From Ignavibacteria bacterium (lineage in GTDB: Bacteria; Bacteroidota; Ignavibacteria; Tepidaquicellales; OLB5), in NCBI GenBank assembly GCA_019912545.1, contig JAIOIK010000036.1, positions 5,159 through 69,158 on the forward strand: a stretch of 64,000 nucleotides of DNA, in the 5' to 3' direction. The position numbers were made by a program, and so were the translations under genes. Under the pieces are notes generated by a model that saw only the letters and a program-made list of their open reading frames with translations, was not told the DNA's origin and made no database searches. Every line of letters begins with the position of its first letter. The stretch's first letter is position 1. Shown piece after piece: positions 41,239-49,891 of this stretch.

Positions 41239-42015
41239 CTATAAATTACTGTTAATAAGTTCTTCAATCAAATTATCCTTTTCATTATCACTCAGTCTCT
41301 TAAGCTCGTTCTCGGTATCTTCATCAAGCCCGGCGCCTTCTCCTGTTGCAAAGATCGAGATATCATCTATATCTATCGCCGCAAGCTTCTCTGATTTCTG
41401 ATCATTAGCGTTGTTACCATCCTTCTTGATCTCATTATCCTCTTTAACTACATCTTCAGGAACATCATCTAATGGTGAGAGCTTTTTTTTATCTTTTTGT
41501 ATTATCTTTGGCATAGTTCTATCTTCATTACCTGTAACATTATTCTTTTCCTCTAATGCGGGAGTTTCATTATCCTTCTTCAATTCCTGTTTATTGCTAT
41601 CCTTACCAGATGAATCCTTCTGGATATTCTCTTTTTTCTGCTCATCCTTTGTAATTTCATGACCGGGTTGTTTGAAAGCAAAATAAAATACAGCTATTAA
41701 CAATATTGCAGCAACCGGAACAATTATTTTCCAATACGATAGTATCTTATCCCATGAAAATCCTTTAGACTCATTTTCTTCAATTCTCTGGTGTATCCTC
41801 GGTAAAAGAGAATTCCAGTAAACAGGTGATGGCTCATCCGGCTTCACATTATCAACAAATTCCAGTGTACTCTTTATCTCATCATGGAATTCCCTGAGCT
41901 CGGTTGAGGAAATCAAAGCATTTTCAAGCAGCTTTATGTTCTCATTGCTGATATCCCCTGTGATAAAATCAGGGATAAGCTCTTTGAGTTCCTGGATATT
42001 TAATTTATTATTCAT
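41239..42015 (-). CDS. Putative anti-sigma factor (single-pass membrane protein)
   Basis: Lies immediately downstream of the ECF sigma gene. It has a cytoplasmic N-domain, one TM helix (IIVPVAAILLIAVFYFAF) and a K/E/D-rich exterior. Confidence 0.6.
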   Translation of the reverse strand: MNNKLNIQELKELIPDFITGDISNENIKLLENALISSTELREFHDEIKSTLEFVDNVKPDEPSPVYWNSLLPRIHQRIEENESKGFSWDKILSYWKIIVPVAAILLIAVFYFAFKQPGHEITKDEQKKENIQKDSSGKDSNKQELKKDNETPALEEKNNVTGNEDRTMPKIIQKDKKKLSPLDDVPEDVVKEDNEIKKDGNNANDQKSEKLAAIDIDDISIFATGEGAGLDEDTENELKRLSDNEKDNLIEELINSNL

Positions 42016-42025
42016 GATACCTGAT

Positions 42026-42595
42026 CTATAACTCTATTTTTCCTTTTACGTATGTCCCGATCTTCTTAACTGCGTGGAAGTAATTCGCTTTAATGCCGCC
42101 TGTCGATTTATCCAGTATCTTTGCGATCTCATCATATGGCAGCCTGTCATAATACCTCATATTAAATACTGCCCTTTGCTGCGGAGGCAGTGTTTCAATT
42201 GCTTCTTCAAGTACCCTTCGCTTTGTTTGGTCATCAATAACTTCATCCGATCTTTTATCCCCTGATTCAATTGGCTCAAGAATAGTTTCTACGCTTACTG
42301 TGTTTCTAACTTTTACTTTCTTTATGTGATTTAATGAAAAATTTGTTGCAATCCTGTACAGCCATGTAAACAAATTTGATTCTTCCCTGAAATCCATTAG
42401 TGCGCCGTGCACCTTGATAAATACTTCTTGTGTTATATCATCGGCCTCATCGTGGTCAAGAACCATCTTCCTTATAACCCAATAAACCTGCTTTTGGTAT
42501 TTCCTGACAATTTCATTGAAGCCTTTTATGTCTCCGCCTTTGAATTGCCTGATTAATTCGGAATCGTTATTTGTACTTGCAATGTTCCCCGTCAT
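42026..42595 (-). CDS. ECF-type RNA polymerase sigma factor (sigma-70 family, group 4)
   Basis: Region 2 (DDITQEVFIKV..., WLYRIATN) and region 4 (LPPQQRAVFNMRYYDRLPYDEIAKIL). Confidence 0.9.
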   Translation of the reverse strand: MTGNIASTNNDSELIRQFKGGDIKGFNEIVRKYQKQVYWVIRKMVLDHDEADDITQEVFIKVHGALMDFREESNLFTWLYRIATNFSLNHIKKVKVRNTVSVETILEPIESGDKRSDEVIDDQTKRRVLEEAIETLPPQQRAVFNMRYYDRLPYDEIAKILDKSTGGIKANYFHAVKKIGTYVKGKIEL

Positions 42596-42855
42596 TTAGC
42601 GAGCAGTAAATTAACTGAACTTCTCTCTATTGTGTAAATACATGATTAATTGATATTTCCAATGCGATCAGCCCGCTAAAGTCTCATTAGTTTCCCTGCT
42701 TTTCCAACAATTGGACAAGATTCTATAAAAAAAGTTTAATTGATAATGCAGATAAAATCTTCTAAAATTAAATAAATAATAGCATTTCATAAACTATAAA
42801 AAAATACTAAAATTGAAACTATTGTGACTATATTTCTATTAAAAATTGTGAGAAA

Positions 42856-43851
42856 GTGAACCTAAAGTCCTTAAAAATAGAGAATTTGCTGAAAATCCCT
42901 ACAATACTGATTGCAGTTATGATAGTAATTGTCATAGTTACGCTTATTACTAAGTTTTCCGATATAGGTACGGGCACAGTTGAGCCGAAATCTCCAAATC
43001 CTGAATCGGTAATACCGCCGGTAGAGACAAATCCAAAAAAGCAGCAGGATGATTACCTGAGAAACGTAAGTTATAACAACGCAATTTATTTTGAAGATGC
43101 ATTTTACAACTGGCAGAACTTGTTCGATATATTTGCGTACAATTCAAATGACAGCGCTTTTAGTATTAATGATTCAATTGCAAGATACCAGAACCTTGTT
43201 AAGATCATCAAAAACCCGAACAGGGAATTCAATAAGGCCGGCTCGGATAAAATACTGCAGGAATACGGAGATATTATACTTGAGGAAAGCGCATATTACA
43301 AACTTGACTGGCGGCTGATACTTGCCATGATCAAACAGGAATCTGCATTTACTCCGGACGCAGTATCTCATGCCGGAGCGTATGGTTTCATGCAGATTAT
43401 GCCACGAACGGGCTCAATGCTTGAGCAGACATTGAACCTGGAAGATCACCGCTCTCCTGTCAATAATCTGAAAGCTGGGATATATTATTACGCAATGCTT
43501 GTAGGCAGGTTCGATGGAGCTGGAGATACAAATAAATACAAATTTGCGCTGGCTTCATACAATGCAGGCTCCGGCCACACAGAAGACGCAATGAGTATGG
43601 CATACTACTTTAACGAAAATTACCTCGATTGGGATGTAGTTAAGGAGTATATGAAGCTTCTTGCTCCAGGAAATGATTCGCTCCACCAGCTGGTTTGGGG
43701 TGCAAGGCCGCCAAACGGTGTTTTTGCAAACTGGAAAGAACCTTATAATTATGTGGATAATATAATCTGGTTCTGGCAGCAGTATAAAAAGAACTATCCC
43801 CTGCCTGAGGATAATCCGAAATCGAATATTAAGAAGAAAAAGAAAAAATGA
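42856..43851 (+). CDS. Lytic transglycosylase (SLT domain)
   Basis: KQESAFTPDAVSHAGAYGFMQIMP catalytic Glu motif, ASYNAGSGH, and an N-terminal TM anchor. Confidence 0.85.
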   Translation: MNLKSLKIENLLKIPTILIAVMIVIVIVTLITKFSDIGTGTVEPKSPNPESVIPPVETNPKKQQDDYLRNVSYNNAIYFEDAFYNWQNLFDIFAYNSNDSAFSINDSIARYQNLVKIIKNPNREFNKAGSDKILQEYGDIILEESAYYKLDWRLILAMIKQESAFTPDAVSHAGAYGFMQIMPRTGSMLEQTLNLEDHRSPVNNLKAGIYYYAMLVGRFDGAGDTNKYKFALASYNAGSGHTEDAMSMAYYFNENYLDWDVVKEYMKLLAPGNDSLHQLVWGARPPNGVFANWKEPYNYVDNIIWFWQQYKKNYPLPEDNPKSNIKKKKKK

Positions 43852-43888
43852 TCGACTCAACAATTTTCATACAGAAGGATGTTATCTA

Positions 43889-44761
43889 ATGAAAAGGATC
43901 TCTTTTTGCTTTCTTCTAATTATGTCACTTTCAGCATCCTCCCTCTCTCAGGATACAATTAATTTCAAACTTTTTGATTCTCTCAAAACAAAAACTGAGG
44001 ATGAGCATAAATCTGTAATTGTCGATATCAAAGATCCGGACAACTCTGATGTTAAGCTTTTTCGTATTATTAATAATTCCCGAAGCAATTTTAAAAACGA
44101 TTTTTTTAATGTATTTGACCGTTCGATGCTTCCTGTAACTTTATTAATGCCTGCCTCAATCTTCATTTATGGCAGATCAACCGGCAAAACATACGATGAA
44201 AACTCTGCTTATTTGCTTTCCGGGGCAATTGTAACAGATGCCGTTCTGACTTTAGGAGTAAAGTTTATCAGTAAAAGGCCGAGGCCAAAGGATAGGCTGT
44301 ATAACATCTATACCCGGGAAGAGCTGGCAGATAGATACTCATTCCCTTCTGGCCATACGGGGCTCAGCTTTGCCTCCGCAACTATGTTTGCGCTTAGGTA
44401 CCCTAAATATCCGCAGGTTTATGCACCAATATATGCATGGGCACTTCTCATAGCTTACGGCAGGCCTTATTTTGGCATGCACTATCCCACTGATCTGCTT
44501 GCAGGAGCCGTAATCGGTACAGGTTCGTCGGTGCTTATCTATTCACTACGTAAGGAGCTTTTTAGATTGAAGAATAATGTATTTGGTGAAAATAAAATTG
44601 ATGAGGGTTCACTTAATGGAGGCACAGTATCATTCTTTCTTGGTTCATTTGCTGTTAGCGCATTAGTCAATGCTTTTATCATTAGGAATGATAATAAGAT
44701 CAAACTTTATACTGTACCGGGAAGCGGCGGCTTCAATGTGAATTTGAATTATATGTTTTAG
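43889..44761 (+). CDS. PAP2-family phosphatase (membrane)
   Basis: KxxxxxxRP (KFISKRPRP), PSGH and HYPTDLLAG motifs. Confidence 0.85.
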   Translation: MKRISFCFLLIMSLSASSLSQDTINFKLFDSLKTKTEDEHKSVIVDIKDPDNSDVKLFRIINNSRSNFKNDFFNVFDRSMLPVTLLMPASIFIYGRSTGKTYDENSAYLLSGAIVTDAVLTLGVKFISKRPRPKDRLYNIYTREELADRYSFPSGHTGLSFASATMFALRYPKYPQVYAPIYAWALLIAYGRPYFGMHYPTDLLAGAVIGTGSSVLIYSLRKELFRLKNNVFGENKIDEGSLNGGTVSFFLGSFAVSALVNAFIIRNDNKIKLYTVPGSGGFNVNLNYMF

Positions 44762-44773
44762 AAGTGAACATAA

Positions 44774-44801
44774 AATTGCCGGCTTGATACAGCCGGCAAT
44801 T
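44774..44801. terminator. Bidirectional hairpin terminator between convergent genes
   Basis: AATTGCCGGCT-tgatac-AGCCGGCAATT. Confidence 0.7.
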
Positions 44802-44826
44802 AGTGTTTTGGTCTTCAGTGCATAAA

Positions 44827-45534
44827 TTACTTCACTTCTACGATGGGTTTTTTCAGCAGTTTCTTATCGAATTTAGTATTAAACTCAATCTCTGTTGTGG
44901 TAACATCGCTTAAAGCTGTAATCAATTTGTGTGCCATATATACACCGCTTGACCCTACTTTTCTGAAATCCGAATATTCGGTTGTTGTGCCGTCTTTCAT
45001 CTCCTTTAGCTTGTTGAAATTCTTTGTATTAAAGTAGCTTGTTGTGATAGTGTTCCCGTCTTTTTTGATATCAACTACGTAAACTTCTATATCGTTGTAG
45101 TTCTCGTTCTGCAGAAGTTCATAAGTTATCCCCTTTTTCCCTGCATCCAGAAAGTTACCCCACATAGAGCTTTCTGACCTTTCGAGGTTCTTTACAATTT
45201 CTTCTTCCTTCATATCAGTAACTTTATCGCCCAGTTTTACCCACCCTTTTTTACTTTTAAAATCTAATGCCTGTTTAAGCTGAAATTGCGGAGTCACAAC
45301 ATCCATAAATAAATAGAGTTTGCTCAAATAGACCTCTATAGTTCCGTCTCCCTGAGGGCTCTCAATTGTTCCCTTCATAAATACGGATTCAACATTTCTT
45401 ATTGCACTTTCGCCCCCAATAGAGAGCATGTAATTATCTACAACATCCTGGGCTGTCTTTACTTCCTTAAATTCCTGCCCCAAGACTGAACAAACCATAA
45501 CAATTAGAGCTGCAAATATTGATCTAATCCTCAT
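44827..45534 (-). CDS. Secreted hypothetical protein (possibly LolA-like fold)
   Basis: Signal peptide. Overlaps the upstream GT9 gene by 11 nt, suggesting co-transcription. Confidence 0.55.
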   Translation of the reverse strand: MRIRSIFAALIVMVCSVLGQEFKEVKTAQDVVDNYMLSIGGESAIRNVESVFMKGTIESPQGDGTIEVYLSKLYLFMDVVTPQFQLKQALDFKSKKGWVKLGDKVTDMKEEEIVKNLERSESSMWGNFLDAGKKGITYELLQNENYNDIEVYVVDIKKDGNTITTSYFNTKNFNKLKEMKDGTTTEYSDFRKVGSSGVYMAHKLITALSDVTTTEIEFNTKFDKKLLKKPIVEVK

Positions 45535-46492
45535 TTTTCTTTCTGTTAGTTATTAAATACTCCTTTACAAACTCAAATACTTCCGTGGATTTGATATCAT
45601 CCATGACGTTCCGGGTATTATCATCAATTTGCGGAACGAATATTTTCTTCTTCCCGGTAACAGGACCCCACCTTACAGGACTTTCAACTCTGGCAGGTGA
45701 ATACAATCCAACAACAAAGGCACCAACAGCCGCCGCAATATGTATCGGGCCTGTGGAATTACCGATGAAAAGAACAGATCTTTGAAGAAGTGCTGCAAGT
45801 CCTTTCATCTTAAGATCAAGCATCACAAAAACCCTGCTTTTATCACTTATGTTGTTTTGTATAAACCTGACATGGAATTCTTCATCTTTAGTACCTGTAA
45901 GAACTATATTGCAGCGTAGCTTTTCCTCTTTCAAAATGAGGTTTATCAACTCAATGAAATTCTGATCGCTCCAAACTTTAGCTGAGCCAAGTGAGGGCAC
46001 ATGGATTACAATATACTCCACATCAGGGTCTATATTCTGGACGAGGAGCTTACTCAGGAGGTTTCGTTTATCTTCAATTGCTACATCAAGTTTCGGGGTT
46101 ATCCCATTATTTATATGACAGTTAATTTCTTTTAATAAATCCAAATTATACTCCATCTCATGCTTCAGGGCTTCTTTGCGGTGTTGATAATGCTTTAGGT
46201 TTAACAAAAAGGAATACCATCTGTAACCGGTTCCAAGTCTGTACTTAACCCCGCCAAGATACAATCCAAGTGCGATCTTAAATCTGGGGAAGACTGCAAT
46301 AGCGAGCTCATAATTACCTGCTTTGCAAACGGATTTTACCCCCCTCACAGTTACCTTTTCTATGGAGTGAACTTTATTTATATTTGGATAGTCCAAGACA
46401 AGTTCATAAACGCGCTTATTTACAAGAAAATCAATAGTTGCCCCGGGAAAGGACTGTTTAAGGGCATCAATAACTGGCAAAGTAAGTATCAC
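45524..46492 (-). CDS. Glycosyltransferase family 9 (heptosyltransferase-like); true start probably upstream of the GTG at 46492
   Basis: C-terminal GNSTGPIHIAAAVG motif. The frame stays open to 46546 and encodes ..KLIPKRVLVVRTDRIGDVILTLP, the usual GT9 N-terminus. Confidence 0.85.
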   Translation of the reverse strand: MILTLPVIDALKQSFPGATIDFLVNKRVYELVLDYPNINKVHSIEKVTVRGVKSVCKAGNYELAIAVFPRFKIALGLYLGGVKYRLGTGYRWYSFLLNLKHYQHRKEALKHEMEYNLDLLKEINCHINNGITPKLDVAIEDKRNLLSKLLVQNIDPDVEYIVIHVPSLGSAKVWSDQNFIELINLILKEEKLRCNIVLTGTKDEEFHVRFIQNNISDKSRVFVMLDLKMKGLAALLQRSVLFIGNSTGPIHIAAAVGAFVVGLYSPARVESPVRWGPVTGKKKIFVPQIDDNTRNVMDDIKSTEVFEFVKEYLITNRKKNED

Positions 46493-46626
46493 ATCGCCAA
46501 TCCTGTCTGTTCTTACTACCAGTACTCGTTTTGGAATCAGTTTAATATTGTCCGGTTACAAATTATTGATTTTTTGCAGAATTTAACAATAAATATATTA
46601 CTTTTTTCCATTTAATTAAAGTGTAA

Positions 46627-47934
46627 ATGAAACAGTTGATCTTCTCTTTGCTGGCGCTGTTGGTATTTCAAAACTTCGCATGCTTCACTCCTGAACCACC
46701 CAGGAAAGACATTTCAGCCGGAAACAGTAACGACACTCCCCGCAAAAAAGTGGATTCTGTAACTTCAATTGAAAACAATAATAAGAAAATGGATTCAACA
46801 AATAAATTTACAGACCTGAACAAAGATGCTTTCAGGCTGCACTATGACGCGATTGTGATAGATACTCATAATGATATACTTATGCCGGTTTTCCTGCAAG
46901 GAGCTGATCTAAACAAAAATAATCCGGGCACGCAATCTGATATTGTTAAATGGAGACGCGGCGGGCTTGATGTACAAATGTTTTCCATTTATGTGCCCGA
47001 GAGGTATAAGTCAAATCACTTTTCATATGTAATGAAGCTGATTGAAAAGCTTGAAGAGAACCAGGCAGAAAATCCCGAAACATTTGTATTATGTACAAAT
47101 TACGATCAATTGATTTCGGGAATAAACTCAGGGAAATTCTGCGGACTCATGGGCGCAGAAGGCGGCAACATGATAGAAGGCTCCATGGAGAATCTAGAAA
47201 CTCTATATTCCCGTGGTGTAAGATATTTAGGTCTAACATGGAATACAAGCAATGCTATCGGAACATCTGCAAGGGATGAGACCGAGCGCGGAAAAAGAGG
47301 CGGGCTAACTGAGTTCGGCAAACAGGTTGTTGCCAGAATGAATGAGCTTGGCATGCTGATAGATGTTTCTCATTTAGGTGAGACTGCCTTTTGGGAAGCG
47401 GCTGAACTAAGCAACTCCCCTATCATCGCTTCGCACTCTAATGTTTACAATTTAGCGCCGCACTACCGCAATTTAAGTGATGAACAGATCAAAGCAATAG
47501 CTAAATCAGGCGGGTACATTGGCATTAACTTTTTTTACAAGTTCCTTGATCCATCAGGTAATTCACCGGCAATTAAGAACATTCAAAACAGCTATAAGAG
47601 CGGTATAAGAAAATTTGAAGGTGATTATATTGATGACCCGGTTGGATTCAATGAGAAACGGTATGAATATTTGACAGAAAATAAAATTGAGGGCGGCACT
47701 CCAATTGATATATTAATTGACCATATTGATTATATTGTTAAGCTTGTTGGCGCTGATTATGTTGGTTTGGGTTCCGATTTTGACGGAAGCATTGTAACAG
47801 CAAATGAACTGTATGATGCAACATGTTACCCCATCATAACCAAAAAGCTTGTTGAGCGTGGTTATACTGAACAGGATATAAGAAAGATATTAGGCGGAAA
47901 CTTTTTAAGAGTGTTTAAGCAGGTTTGTAAATGA
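46627..47934 (+). CDS. Membrane dipeptidase (peptidase M19)
   Basis: VIDTHNDIL, LTWN and GADYVGLGSDFDG motifs, with a lipoprotein-like N-terminus. Confidence 0.88.
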   Translation: MKQLIFSLLALLVFQNFACFTPEPPRKDISAGNSNDTPRKKVDSVTSIENNNKKMDSTNKFTDLNKDAFRLHYDAIVIDTHNDILMPVFLQGADLNKNNPGTQSDIVKWRRGGLDVQMFSIYVPERYKSNHFSYVMKLIEKLEENQAENPETFVLCTNYDQLISGINSGKFCGLMGAEGGNMIEGSMENLETLYSRGVRYLGLTWNTSNAIGTSARDETERGKRGGLTEFGKQVVARMNELGMLIDVSHLGETAFWEAAELSNSPIIASHSNVYNLAPHYRNLSDEQIKAIAKSGGYIGINFFYKFLDPSGNSPAIKNIQNSYKSGIRKFEGDYIDDPVGFNEKRYEYLTENKIEGGTPIDILIDHIDYIVKLVGADYVGLGSDFDGSIVTANELYDATCYPIITKKLVERGYTEQDIRKILGGNFLRVFKQVCK

Positions 47935-47998
47935 ATGTATTTTCCTTTGCAAGGGGTTACAACCCCTTGTTCGTCAGCGTCACCATTTTTTTCTACCA

Positions 47999-49825
47999 AT
48001 GAAAATCCCGCAGAATAAAATATATGAAATTTCGTCATCAATTGATATTGTTGAAGTAATTTCCGCAGTAACACCGCTTCGCAAAGCGGGGCGCAGTTTT
48101 GTGGGCAGATGTCCATTCCATGAAGAAAAGACCCCTTCATTCAGCGTATCTCAGGAAAAGGGCGTTTACCATTGCTTTGGATGCGGCAAGAGCGGGAATG
48201 TGTTCACATTCATTATGGAAACCGAGAATGTTACATTTTTTGATTCGGTAAAAATACTAGCTGAAAAGGCGAACATTCAGCTTGAATTTGAAAATGACCC
48301 TTACGATTCTGACAGAAACAAAATTGATGCTATTTACGAAATAAATAACCAGGCAGCAAGATATTTTCACAATAATCTTACCGGCAGAGACGGCGCATAC
48401 GCGATGGAGTACTTAACTCAGCGCGGACTTGATGAGCAGACCATCAGGCAGTTTGGACTTGGCTATTCATTAAGAGATAAAGATTCGCTTTACAGGCAAT
48501 TTGTAAATGAATTCAGCAAGGAAGATCTTATCGATTCAGGCTTAGTGCTTAATATCGGCGCAGATGACTTTAGAGACCGCTTCAGAGGCAGGCTGATGTT
48601 CCCTATCTTTAATGAAGCAGGCAAAGTAATTGCCTTTGGCGGAAGAAGGATGTATGATGAGACTAAAGATGAAGCAAAGTACATTAACTCGCCCGAAACC
48701 AAGATATACAACAAAAGCCGAACGCTGTACGGACTTAATTTCGCAAAGCAGAAAATTAAAGAAACCGGCTATGTAATACTTGTTGAGGGTTATATGGATC
48801 TTATTTCACTATTCCGGTATGGAGTGGAAAATGTGGTTGCTTCAAGCGGAACATCGCTTACAAACCAGCATGTGAAGATACTTTCACGCTACACAAAAGA
48901 AGCCGTTGTTGTGTTCGATTCCGACTTAGCCGGGCAAAATGCCTCCAGGCGGGCAATTGAGCTGATAATAGAAAATGACTTAAGCGTAAGCATCATTCCT
49001 TTGCCGCAGGGAGATGACCCTGATACATTTATCAAAAAGCACGGACTTGACGGATTCAAAAACCTGTTGAATAAACGCCAGTCAATTATTGAATACATAG
49101 GCAACGGGTACAGAGATAAAGGAATGCTTGATTCACCCGAAAGAAAAACAGATTTTGTCCGCGAAATTATTGGCTTGATCGCCAAAATGCGGGATGAGAT
49201 AAAGCGTGATTTTTACATTAAGGATATTGCTGAGAAGTTTGCAATTTATGAGAGCATTATACGAAAAGAACTTGAAAAGAACTCAAGGCTAAGAAGCAAA
49301 GGATTGACGCGTGAGTTAACACCAAGCGGAAGTGAACTGCAGTTAAGGATAAGATCTTCTGTAAAGCTCTCTATTGTGGAGTTAATGCTGATTCGCTTAC
49401 TGATAGATTCAGATGCAAAGACAAAGAACTTCCTGATGGATAGTCTCGAGATCAATCTGATTACCGATGCCAGCGCTGCAAAGATAGTGAATTATATTAT
49501 GATGAATATTGATGACCCTGAAAAGACTTCTCATGTTCATTTATTTAATGAATTCCAGGATGACCGATCTAAGGAAATTATTGGAAAAGCATTGCTTGAT
49601 GAAAACTATGTAATTGCAGGAAGCAAGGATAAGAATCACCTGAACGAAGCGAAACAGGTATTGAATCAGCTAAAACTCATGAACATCCGCAGCAAAATAA
49701 GCGATATTGATTCCAAAATTAAATCCGCAAACGAATACACTCCCGAAACCCTTGAGTTGCTAAACCTACAGCAGAATCTTAAGAAAGAACAGGTTGAGCT
49801 TGAAAAAGGGATGAAGTCTATTTAA
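47999..49825 (+). CDS. dnaG: DNA primase
   Basis: Zinc ribbon CPFHEEKTPSFSV..YHCFGCGKSGN and a Toprim domain (LVEGYMD...VVFDSDLAG). Confidence 0.95.
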   Translation: MKIPQNKIYEISSSIDIVEVISAVTPLRKAGRSFVGRCPFHEEKTPSFSVSQEKGVYHCFGCGKSGNVFTFIMETENVTFFDSVKILAEKANIQLEFENDPYDSDRNKIDAIYEINNQAARYFHNNLTGRDGAYAMEYLTQRGLDEQTIRQFGLGYSLRDKDSLYRQFVNEFSKEDLIDSGLVLNIGADDFRDRFRGRLMFPIFNEAGKVIAFGGRRMYDETKDEAKYINSPETKIYNKSRTLYGLNFAKQKIKETGYVILVEGYMDLISLFRYGVENVVASSGTSLTNQHVKILSRYTKEAVVVFDSDLAGQNASRRAIELIIENDLSVSIIPLPQGDDPDTFIKKHGLDGFKNLLNKRQSIIEYIGNGYRDKGMLDSPERKTDFVREIIGLIAKMRDEIKRDFYIKDIAEKFAIYESIIRKELEKNSRLRSKGLTRELTPSGSELQLRIRSSVKLSIVELMLIRLLIDSDAKTKNFLMDSLEINLITDASAAKIVNYIMMNIDDPEKTSHVHLFNEFQDDRSKEIIGKALLDENYVIAGSKDKNHLNEAKQVLNQLKLMNIRSKISDIDSKIKSANEYTPETLELLNLQQNLKKEQVELEKGMKSI

Positions 49826-49827
49826 AC

Positions 49828-49850
49828 AAAAGGGGCGTTAGCCCCTTTTG
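49828..49850. terminator. Hairpin terminator between convergent dnaG and the T9SS gene
   Basis: AAAGGGGC-gtta-GCCCCTTT flanked by A- and T-runs. Confidence 0.8.
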
Positions 49851-49891
49851 AATTTTTATCTTTTATTTTTTGCCTTTCTATTTTTCCTTTT

